Assembly (NCBI GenBank): GCA_951406725.2
Contig: OX597818.1
Location: 21,762,001-21,826,000, forward strand
Length of the DNA: 64,000 nucleotides
Source: Octopus vulgaris
Taxonomy: Eukaryota
Reading direction: 5' to 3'
Positions within the stretch are counted from its first letter, which is position 1; every line of letters begins with the position of its first letter. The notes under the pieces were generated by a model. The model worked only from the letters and a program-made list of their open reading frames with translations, ran no database searches and was not told the origin of the DNA. Shown piece after piece: positions 52,871 through 64,000 of this stretch. Made by a program: the position numbers and the translations under genes.

Positions 52871-53542
52871 CTAAATGATTTCTCATTATCGTTATCTGTT
52901 ATATTTCCAATTATTCCATGTTTGCACAGGTTGGACAGATCTGCAATATAATCCTTTCACATCTTATCTTTGTTACTATCTCTTTCTGTTATCAGTACCA
53001 TTACAGTGTATCAAGTAATATCTATGTTGTTGCTGTTAGTTGTATTGTGGGTTACAGCTATAGTAGGAATATTTAAGAATAACATAATTTTTTGCCTGCC
53101 TTCATTTTTACAAATGGAATAGATGCTTGAGATAATTTTAAACTAATGACTTGAGTTTAAGATATTGTACCTTGGACTACTCTTGACATGACATTGAGAC
53201 TGATAGATATCAGTGCATTTTATAAATCTTTATAAATCTAAATAAATGCAGTACGTGCTTGATAGTACTAAAAAAATTATCACTATTGACCTGTCTATAG
53301 TCTCTTAGTCAACGAACTGTCAACAACTTAAGTGTGCTAGTTATTTGGACTGCATCTATGACAAATTATTTTAATCTGTTTATAAAGAAAAATCATTAAA
53401 GCTGTAAAGAGTAAAGTATGAGGGAACAAATGGGAACATGATAAAATTTTACAAATTTCTATAATCTCTCTCTCCCCACCCCATATGCATATATATACAT
53501 ATCATTAATGTAAATGTAAAATATATACAAATATATATATAA

Positions 53543-53968
53543 ACGCAGGCATGGCTGTGTGGCAAGAAGTTTGCTTCTCAGCCACATGGTTCCAAGTTCA
53601 GTCCCACAATGTGGTACTTTGAACAAGTGTCTTCTACTTGTCTCAGATTGACCAAAGCCTTATGAGTGGATTTAGCAGATGGAAACTGAAATAAGCTTAT
53701 CGTGTATGCATTTACATGTGTGTGTGTGTGTGTATCTTTTTGTGTGTCTTTGTATCTGTGTTTGTCCCCCACCACTACTTGACAACCGGTGTTGGTGTGT
53801 TTATGTCCCTGTAACTTATTAGTTTAGCAAAAAGAGACTGATAGAATAAGTACCAAGCTTTAAGAAAAGTACTGAGGTCGTTTTGTTCAAATAAAAAAGC
53901 TCTTCATGGCACTGCCCCAGTGTAGCCACAGTCTAATGACTGAAACAAGTAAAAGAAAAGATAAAAGA
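53543..53968 (+). mobile_element. Full-length tRNA-derived SINE family B
   Basis: GCAGGCATGGCTGTGTGGCAAGAAGTTTGC head through ATGACTGAAACAAGTAAAAGA tail. Confidence 0.9.
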
Positions 53969-54140
53969 TATATTTTACATAGTGCAAATGATATAGAACT
54001 CAGTATGTTGGATAGTGTGGATAGATATGTTTATCATATAAAAAAAATGACAGTCTACTCAGAGTTTTGCCCAATATATTCATTTATGTAAATGTATAAC
54101 ATTCGTATATGGACATAACTTTAAGACTTGAAATTATAAT

Positions 54141-54349
54141 CCTTTCTGCTATAGACACAAAGTTTGAAATTGTTGGGGAGGGGACTAGTTGATTACATTG
54201 ATCCCAGTGTTTCAATGGTACTTAATTTATCAACCCTGAAAGGATAAAAGGCAAAGTCAACCTTGGCAGAATTTGAACTCAAAACATAAAAATGGATGAA
54301 ATGCTGCTAAGCATTTTGCCTGGCATGCTAATGATTCTGCCAGCCTTAG
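54141..54349 (-). mobile_element. SINE family A with 17-bp TSD
   Basis: TSD AGACTTGAAATTA(T/C)AAT at 54124-54140 and 54350-54366. Confidence 0.9.
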
Positions 54350-55688
54350 AGACTTGAAATTACAATGTCAGCAAACTTGTTACATCATGAGTGGATTTTG
54401 ATAATAAGTATTAGAAATAAGATGGGTTAATATTCTTAATCTAATAAAATTATTTTAATACAATTAACTTTTTAGCAATGCATATACAAATATTATATGG
54501 CTGTTCTACACTGATTCTATATAGCAGAAATAATTACAAATATGACCTAACCTTGTATATTTTTCTTCCTTTTTTCTTTCTTTCTTTCTTTATGACTGAG
54601 ACTCAGAACTCAAGTCAATAAAATCAGTGTTTTATAAAATAGTCGTTTTGTTTATATAGTAAACTAGACTGGTGTCACTAGTCTGATGTATATCAAAGTC
54701 AACATCTAATTATCAATGTCTCTGAACAACTTAGTCTTCTATTGACAAACTTATGGAGACAATGAAGAAACTTCTACACAGTTGCTCAGTTTGCTAGACA
54801 CGACAGCAAAATCCACTCACTTTGGATGATAATGCCCTAGGTACAGCTGTAAAAAAAAATGTTGGGATGGTTATAGCTGGAATGCTTTGATCATTGATCC
54901 GTTCATTTGGAACTAATCTGCAATGTAATGCAAGTTGATGATTGCACTGGTAGGTCACAAGTCACTCTATAGTCTACAAAAATGTTTTAACACATATCCC
55001 ATGGAAAGACGTGATCTCTTTCAGAGGTCAAGCTAATTGTAAACTGTTCTGTTTTTCTTAGTTTTATGTAATTGTAATTATTATATAAAGTGGTAGCATA
55101 AATGAAAAGGTAATGCTAGGAAAATGCAGTATTTAGTTACATTTCTTTACATTCTTGATTCAAATCTGGTATAATTTCAGTTAGCTATGATACCTCCTTT
55201 TAAATATGTGGCTTTATGCCTATGTTAAAAATAGTTGTTATAGAAAACAGAAATAGTAGCAGGATGGATGAAATAAAATGCCTCACCATATTTAGTCTGA
55301 TCTCTTTCTTCCCCAAGTTTAAAAGTCAGCATTGACTTTCACCACTCCATGGCCAATAAAAAATATTAGCCAATCAGTTTTTTATTGAGATCAATCCATT
55401 AACTAGAATTCTCCTCTAAATTTGTGATGCTGTGTTATAATGAAAAAAGAGGTTTATTTTATTTAATATGTTTGTAGGTTGTATGTTGCTTAAAAGAAAG
55501 TTTTGCTATATAGTGAATTCAATACAGTTTCTATTCCTAGTTGAGTCTACTTAGGTTAGTAACTCTCTTGCAAAAAAGCATAAATATCACAACTTCTGCT
55601 TACTTCACCCTTCAAAAACATCAGATGTCATATCTCTGTCACAAAATTATTTTATTTTTTTGTTATTGTTCTTCTTATTGTTATTATT

Positions 55689-56270
55689 AGGGTGGAAAGC
55701 TGGCAGAATTGTTAGCACACCAAGCAAAATGTTTGGCAGCATTTCGTCTGTCTTTACTTTCTGAGTTCAAATTCTGCCAAGGTTGACTTTGCCCATCATC
55801 CTTTCAGGACTGATGAAATAAATACCAGTAGGACACTGGGGTCGATGTAATCAACTAGCCCCCTCCCCCACAGTTTCAGGCTTTGTACCTATAGTAGAAG
55901 AGATTATTATTATTTTTATTATTATTATTATCATTAATAAGGCGGTGAGGTGGCAGAAGCGTTAGCATGCTGAATGAAATGCTTAGCAGCATTTTGTAGG
56001 CCTCCACATTCTGAGTTCAAATTCTGAAAAGGTCAGTTTTGCCTTTCATCTTTTCAGGATCGATAAAGTAAGTACCAATTAAACAATGTAATTGATTTAC
56101 CCCTTCCACAAAGGCCAGCTCAAGGCCAGCAATTATTATTATTATTATTATTATAACAATAATGGTTTCAAATTTTGGCACAAGGCCAGCAAGGAGAAGA
56201 GGGTAAGTCATTACATTGACTCCAGTGTCCAAATTATATATATTTTATCAATCCCAAATATGAAAGGCAA
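55689..56270. mobile_element. SINE family A cluster: two + copies (55689-55905, 55938-56130) and one - copy (56162-56270), separated by (ATT)n
   Basis: Family motifs read directly. Confidence 0.85.
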
Positions 56271-57685
56271 TTTATCTGATAGATGATTTATGTGTTGTGT
56301 TGAGAATTTGAAACAAATTCTCTTCTTTGCAGGCATAAAAACTTGTTTGTTTCATTTCATGAACTGTAAGATCTTCAGGGAAGGAGGGAGAGGGCAAGAG
56401 GCAAAATGATTCTGAGTTCTAAGATCTTTTCTTCCTTAGATTTAACAAGTAACCTAAAACATTTCCATATATTGAACAAATAAAACAGGAAGAGTTAAAT
56501 TCTGTCTCTCTTTTCTGATTAAAATTAGTATTTATAATGTCTAATATCACTTTCCAATTCATTATGTTTTCTTACTTCAGAAGAAACTGATAAGAATTTG
56601 AGACAAGTTCATTTATCAATTTTGAATAAGTGAATATACTCCATATACTTCATTGACATTCTATCATCAATGTTGCAATATTGTCTGAATCCGTATTTCA
56701 AATTTATGAATATTTATTGAGAAAAAGAAGGAAAAGAATTAAAATTATACATTTCTGAGTTACACTTATTTGGTGAATTATTTAATGAAAGTTCATCCTG
56801 TACTGTGACTGAAACAATTCTCATCAGTAGCTGTGTCATTGTAAATATTAAAACACCCATACACTGCTGTACTCTCTATTACTTAAATATTAATATTATT
56901 TTATAATATAATGTTATTATTAAGTATCATAGTCTTTTGTTATGCAACTACAATTTGTTTACTGAATGTTTAGTAAAATACCAGTAACTAATAGGTAGAT
57001 GTATAAGAAAATACTGTGATGCTTAATGATATAAAATATAATAATAATAATCATTACGTCAGCGCATTGACAAAATTTGGATCCTGTGGCAGAATTTGAA
57101 CTCAGAATGGAAAGAGATAAAATAGTAACTACAAGATTTCTTGGCTGATGCTCGAACAATTCCACCAATCCATTGCCATGGATAGTACTTTATTTTGTTG
57201 ACCTCTGAAAGAAAAAAGGCATAGTTGACCGTGACAGCATTTGAACTCATAGAGAACTGGAACGAATACCATAAGGTTGTTCTAACAACTCTTCCAATTC
57301 ACTACCTAATGATGATGCTGATGATTACAACAACAATGTAAAAGTGAATACAATAGTGTATGTATGTTTTAAAGGATGCATTGACTTTATTAAGTCACTT
57401 TGTATATTATTCATGTATTTGTTAATCATGTTATGTAACCTTAAATCAGTTTTCACTAATTGCTTTTATTTTCAGTATTAAATATATATACTTTTTTCAT
57501 TTTATTGTTATAATAATTAATGATAATATTATTATTGCTGTTACTTATTTACTTTTATTGCATAACATCATCTTTGTTTCTAGCTGTGACACTCAAAGAC
57601 AAGATTAAGATATCAATGATGTTTTAATCTGTCTGTATTTGACTGGTAACCTTTCAGTAAAGTCTTGTTATATTTTCTTTTTCAG

Positions 57686-57788
57686 ATGATACAGGTTACA
57701 GATCAGCATCAGAAAGCAGACCATACACCGGTGGCAGTACATTTGAAAGAAACCGAAGTAAATCTGTGTCATCAAGAGAAAGGAGGAG
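57686..57788 (+). CDS. SORBS/CAP: CAP/SORBS exon, (D)DTGYRSASESRPYTGGSTFERNRSKSVSSRERR
   Basis: Acceptor TTTTCTTTTTCAG, donor AG|GTGTGC, phase 1 to 2; open frame; S/R-rich linker with a GYxS motif typical of the post-SoHo region. Confidence 0.75.
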
Positions 57789-58829
57789 GTGTGCATTATT
57801 TACTTATAGATTTTTGTAATCCCCTCACTTTACTCTCATGTCTACAACATTAGTGATATAGTAACTTTCAAGCTAATAACATCATACTTAATGAAGTGAG
57901 AAGAAATATCTATTGTATTTACATATTATATGAGTTCATGTATGACTCAAAATTATGGGGAACAAAAATTCTAGAATAATATATCCCTTGTATGTAATAT
58001 GAACTAATTTTTCTTGCACTATGAATGAAAAAAGGAGTGTTTGTTCACTTATTAAAATTTCTCAGCAAAATGTACTGAAAATGTTTCTGATTCCTAAACA
58101 AAGCAAAAAGCAAATCCAAAAGTGACCTTCATTTAAACTTTACCAGTGTATACTGTGAAAGTACATCTGCTGTGAAGTGAATGTTCAGGAAATCTCATAA
58201 TCCTGTTTTTTCAGAAAAAGTGTGTATTATGAATATATATTGAGAAGAAAACTTCACTTCAGTGGCTAATATCTTAATATGATCTTAGCAAGTACAGGTA
58301 ATAACTCTAGACATATTTTAGTTATATTAAACCACTTCAATAAGAGAATTGGTACATTGATGTATTGTAATGTGTACTTGTAAGTTCCAAAAGTTATTAT
58401 AAAAGACTAAAAGAAATTATCTAAAGACCCCATCTGCATGAAATGGTTGTGTGGTAAAGAACTTTATTACCCAATCATGTTCAAACACAAATTATTGCAT
58501 GGTACTTTGTGCAAGTGTCTTTTAAGAAAATCTCAAGTGACCAATGTCTAGTGAGTGAAATTTATCAAACTCTGTGGAAGTTTGTCATGTACATGCACAT
58601 GTATATATATATATATATGCTTGTATTTGCTATTACGCTCATTAAAAAATGGTACTGTTGTTTATATTCCCTAACTTATCAGCTTAATGAAATGAGATTG
58701 ATAAGATAACTACCAATATTCCAAAATAAATTCTGTTATTGATATGCTTGAAAGGTAGGGCTGCAGTCTAATGTGAATGAAAGAGTTAAAAAAAAAAGAT
58801 GGAAGGTATTACTATCATACTGTTTTAAT

Positions 58830-60055
58830 GTATACATGGCCTGGATTCTACAGCTGGATGCCTTTCGTAATGCCAACCACTTGTGTACTGGGTGCATTTT
58901 TTGTGCCATCAGCATTTGTGAGGTTACCATGAAATTTGTAAGAGAGAAAAGAATAAAATGAAAAACGAAAAATCTCCCACTATTAAGAGAAAGTAGTTAG
59001 GAGGGGAAGGTAGAGGTGGGTGGCTGTATGCCAGGTGTTGAAAGGCTAAAGTATGATAGAGGGACAAGCAAAGGTGTTTTGCCATAAAGGAGATGTATGC
59101 CTGAAGAAGATAAGGGGAAGGTAGTTATGGATGTGTGTGAAAGCAAATTCTCAAGAATAAGAATGTGAACATAAGAGAGGGCACAGACAGTGGGTCATGG
59201 GTGGGGTGAGAGAATGGATGCTTTCATAAGGGTGTTAGGGAAGAGTAAACAGGTGGAGGTAGGAATTAATGTAGTGAGTAATGAACAGGAGTTGCGGTGC
59301 AGATGATGGGACATACCAGTATGTAGATGGGTAAAGTGTGAGATATAGGAGAATAGAATAGAAAATATGTGCAAGAGTAATGAAAAGGGAGATATAGAAA
59401 TACATACCCTAACTTCCTCAGAGACCACCGTCTTGCTAAATGAGGGATTATGTTGAAGGCTTTCTCCATATCAACAAATGCTAAGTATAATGGTTTACTC
59501 TTAGCTAAATACTTCTGCTGCAGTTGTTTAAGAAGATAACATCAGTAGTACCTAACACAAAAACAAACTGCATATTATCTACTCTAATACTGTTTCTAAT
59601 TAATTGGGCAATAACGCTTTCTGTAACTTTCATGACCTTTTCCAGAAATTTGATAACTCCATAATTAATTCTAAGCTCCTTTACCCTTGTAACAACTGAC
59701 TATAATGCTGCTATGCCAATCATTGTGGATGGCACCTTCTTGAATAACCTTATTAACTATATAGGTGATTCGACTGTATCCTACTTCACCATGTTTTAAG
59801 CATATCAGAAGTAATTCCCAATGAACCTGGGGTTTTCCCTGTCTAATTGCCTTATCTATCACATCCTTAATTGCCTAACTGTATCATGTATACACATATT
59901 TATTTCAAGAATACTCATTCTGGTCCATTTTCCTTTTCTGTTTCTATTTTCATAGTCCTTGGAGTCCTCCTGACGCTCGTGCCAATCTTTCAATCTACAA
60001 AATTCAACCTCGAAGTATTGTTGATTATGAACCAGGATGCTCTTCAATAGCATTT
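58830..60055 (-). mobile_element. Degenerate RTE LINE remnant including part of the RT domain
   Basis: Minus-strand translation TTDVIF..QLQQKYLAKSKPLYLAFVDMEKAF..WSLRKLG and IQEGAIHNDWHSSIIVSCYKGKG; 3' UTR-like CTACAGCTGGATGCC..TAATGCCAACCAC near 58847. Confidence 0.8.
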
Positions 60056-60087
60056 AAAGAATCAAAACCAGTAAGTAGATCTATAGT

Positions 60088-60090
<3 letters not shown>

Positions 60091-60165
<75 letters not shown>
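60091..60165. repeat. Pure (TA)n microsatellite
   Basis: Direct reading. Confidence 0.97.
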
Positions 60166-60170
<5 letters not shown>

Positions 60171-60788
60171 TAATACTTATAGGGGTTTTTTAAAATTATT
60201 TATTTATTATTTTTTGCATGGACTTGTTTTATTAATTTGAAATTTTAATTGAAATTATATTACATTTTTCTTTTACAGTTTATATTATTTTTTCTTTTAT
60301 TTTTAATTTTGGTTTTGAGGTGGGGATAAGTTGAAATTTCAAGCTGATAAGTGAGATAGTATGATGTTAAGGGACTAATCTATAGGTAACTACCCTCTTC
60401 AGTTCAAACCATACAGGCTCAGTCATTATATTGTCACCACCATCACAAAGCAGTTTACTTAATCCCATTAGCTCTTGTTTGACAAAGTCACAAAAGAAAC
60501 TGTTCCTTCATAATTTTGTGGTTTGTGAAATTGAAAATATATTCCACCTATGAAAGCTTCAAACAATGAATGTAAAACAATAAAAATGAATAAAATATAT
60601 TTTTATGAAATCTGTAAGCAAGGAAAGGGTTGGTGGTTAAAAAATTAGTCTTTTTTAAAAAATCAAAATTTAGTATATAATTGAAAAATTAAAAAACAGT
60701 TAACATATGGCAAGCATGTGTTCATATTCATGAAGAGTTACTGTCTTTTAACTTGGTTTTCATTATCAGCCTAATTGTTTATATATAT

Positions 60789-61148
60789 AGGTGCAGCATC
60801 ACTGTGTGGTAAGAAGCTTGCTTCCCAACCACATGACTCTGGGTTCAGTCCCATTGTATGGCACCTTGGGCAAGTGTCTTCTACTTTAGCCTTGGGCCAA
60901 CCAAAGCCTTGTGAGTAGATTTAGTAGAAAGAAACTGAAAGAAAACCATCATATATATCTATGTGTGTATGTCTTTGTGTCCATGTTTGTCCCTCACTAC
61001 CACTTGACTACTGGTATTGGTGTGTTTACATCTCTGTAACTTAGTAGTTCAGCAAAAGAGACTGATAGAATAAATACTAGGGTTAAAAAATTAAGTCTTG
61101 AAGTCAATTTGAGGCAATGCCCCAACATGACTACAATCAAATAAAAGA
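60789..61148 (+). mobile_element. tRNA-derived SINE family B
   Basis: Same motifs as the 53543 copy; inserted in a (TA)n context. Confidence 0.9.
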
Positions 61149-64000
61149 TATATATATATATATTCGTTTCAACCTTGAGGCTGTTGCTATGATATTTATT
61201 TTCTCCTTAATTTTGTTTTATGAGATCACCTTAGTTTTATCAATTTGAAATTTTGAACTAAAAGTGGTTCTAAAATGTATGCTTAAGTGAAGTATTTGAT
61301 GCAGATGAGACACAGTTAGGGATGGTGAAATGAGAAAAGTTAGATAAAGTGTTACATGGCTTGCTAGTTTAAAAAATAAAATGTTCCAGCAATGTAGAGG
61401 AAACAAAAGGAAGATACAGTGTGTGTGCTAATGGTTGTATGTTAGTGAGTGAAGTGTTATATAGTTTATTTATAACTTCCCACTGTTTATCATGTATATT
61501 TTTCTCACATGTATGGAGAACCTGTGAAAGCTATGGGCTCGTTACTTTACTCTGAACTAAAACCATTAAAAAAAATTGTTAATGCAATATTTTGCAAACC
61601 ATATTTCAACATGTCCCATTTGCATAAAATGGGACATGTGAATAAAATAAAATTTTATTTTTTTAAATTTCAATAAAAATTTCATTTTTCTAAAACATAT
61701 AATGTAAATGCAGGAGAAAGCATGAAATTGTAATGTTCATCATTTTCCCAAATATCATAAGCAATACAAAATAGATCTTACAGGAGTGAAACTTCTGTTT
61801 CTTTTATGAAATGACTTTGCTGTCAAATCTCTAGAGAGATCTTTTGTGGGTTTAATAGGGAAAAAATCAACTATAGAACCATGGAAACTAATGAGATGGA
61901 TAGATAAAGACAGATAGTCATAGTGAGTGAGAGAGAGAAAGAGATTTAATGTGTAGTTGGATATGATTCATCTTTAAAATGTTACAGGGGAACTTGGTAG
62001 GACAGTAACTTTGAAAATTTGATTTATGCTTTCCTGTTATGACTCATAGTTATAAGCATTTATGATGTATAATACTTACAGTGAGGTAGATGTTGATCAA
62101 TTTGGTTATGATCATTGTATGGTTTGCACTGTTTTAGGTCATAGCTAAGATTATTATCTAATTCTATAGATTTAAAAGTATTAAATGGTTGGAGGGTTTG
62201 GAAAATTTGTCAGGTGAAAGACTGAAGGTAGTAGGGACCAGCATTGAGGTAGAATGATTTTTATACACATTGAAAGTGTAGTTGGATGACTAGGTGAGTT
62301 GATTACTAACAAAGCTGCTTGTATTGAGAAAGAGAAGAGAGGAAGATTGTTTGGTCTCAGTGGATATGTTGTTCAGTAAGGTTTCAAGATGCGTGACTGC
62401 AGATGAAAAGGGGTGAGCATGCATACACACACACTATTGAAATGGATTTGGTGGGGGTTAGTTTTTTATACATTTGTTTTCATAAACTACTGAATATAGG
62501 ATATGACCGATATTCTACATAACAAAGAAAAAAAATATTTATATATATATAAATATGTATTGATTTTTATGAGTCTACATAACAACTGTTGCTATTGAAT
62601 GTTTTACTTTGAGCCTGTTAGTTGACTATTACGTATAAAATTGTGCTTGCTACCTACACAGACTGGCAGCTACAGGTAACTTGTTTTCTTTGGCTCGAAA
62701 ATTTTCATCGTTTTATTAAGACAATTTTAAAAGATCATCTTTGTGCGTGTGTGTTGTGCATATGTTTTTTCAGAAGCTTTTCTAGAGAAGTAAAAAGTTT
62801 TTGTTTTTGTTTCCTTTTAGATTAGTATCTTTCATCTCAATTGTAGCTACTTTTCTATTCATGTTTTCTCATTAAGATTAAAATACGAATAGCTAAAATT
62901 CAATCACTATTAAAAAATATTAGCTTTGTTCTGCTCCTGTAGTGAATTGTCATTTAAAAAATAGCAATTTCAGATAATCTGTAATTTTATTTTCCACTTT
63001 CCTTTTTTTATTGATATTGTTTAAGGCAAAATGAATGAAAGTGTTTTCTATTTTATTTTTCTTATTTCTTTTCAGCGTTTAACACTTTTCAGTATATTAA
63101 TTTATAATATATTTTCAGTTTTTTTCTCTTTTGCCTAGCTAACATATAATTTTAAAAATTAACTATCAATATATAGTTAACTCTTGGGTCTAATCCATAT
63201 TTGAAAGAGTAATATAAGTTATATTTTTGTGTACATAATCATTGATTTTTCTTAATTTCAATTGTACTTTTACTGACGAAATTGATATGATGTGGCCCTA
63301 CCAGGTGATAACACTACTGTTCACATCTTATAGACAATACTATTACTAGTAAAAGTACTGAACTCCCAAGTGTCCAGTCCATTTGGATAGAAATAGTACC
63401 ATAGAGGAATGCATTTTACTAATGTAGACTGCAGTCTGATCTGTTAGAAATAGCAGCCAAATTTCCCTTATCATGTTAAACAAGCTAATATTTCAGACTA
63501 CATTGCAGAGCATTGTATTGGATCACCCAATGCCTGGGTGGTCATGGCTGGGATGCATTTAATCATAGATTTAGTTAAGCAAGACCTACTTTGGTTAAAT
63601 AACATTAGAATGATATATTTTATTAGTTGGCAGTGTTGGCCTAAAATTTTCCCTTGAGTAGCAATAAGATGTCTAATAGCAAAGGCATTGACTTTCTGCC
63701 AGTAGGTTAGTAGTTCAAATCTTGTGCAGGCATTCTATAGTATTTCTGATTAGGAAATGTTTTATATAGTTTCATTTCATCTTAGCTGTTGAGAGAGGAT
63801 ATCGAATTATCTTGGAATGTCACACAACTTAGGAATAAATAACAAAAGATTGTTTTAATGTGTCCTTTTTGAAGGGATCCTGAAACAGACAGCAATAGTA
63901 AATATTCAATTTTGAAGAAATTTTCAGTAAAATAAAAGGTTAGAAAACCTAACAAAAGAAAAAAAAAATCACCATATGATATTTCTAATTAATTTAATTC

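Overview
Eukaryotic, strongly AT-rich and CpG-poor genomic DNA. The SINE, RTE-LINE and microsatellite repertoire looks like an octopus or other coleoid cephalopod (inference from recognised repeat motifs). The whole window lies inside one + strand gene, an invertebrate CAP/SORBS (sorbin and SH3 domain) homologue. Phase-compatible GT-AG exons are at <1-283, 4613-4678 (candidate cassette), 16980-17173 and 22692-22767 (together the SoHo domain, YEGIGPLDNQGIPLAFRM/NIDEENQHDWYKQMYKTLH), 26256-26303 and 37312-37359 (two 48-nt symmetric exons sharing a DSIL motif), and 57686-57788. The gene start and the SH3 exons are outside the window. The introns contain at least three SINE families, RTE and HERO-like LINE remnants, a degenerate long-TIR Tc1 element next to a mariner relic, TTAA-flanked piggyBac-type MITEs, a solo LTR nested in a SINE, and micro/minisatellites. 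The most interesting candidates are the alternative-exon architecture around the SoHo domain, a pre-miRNA-sized hairpin at 9027-9098, and several inverted repeats that could form ADAR substrates. No prokaryotic system (CRISPR, operon) is present, and no clearly new biological system can be claimed from sequence alone.
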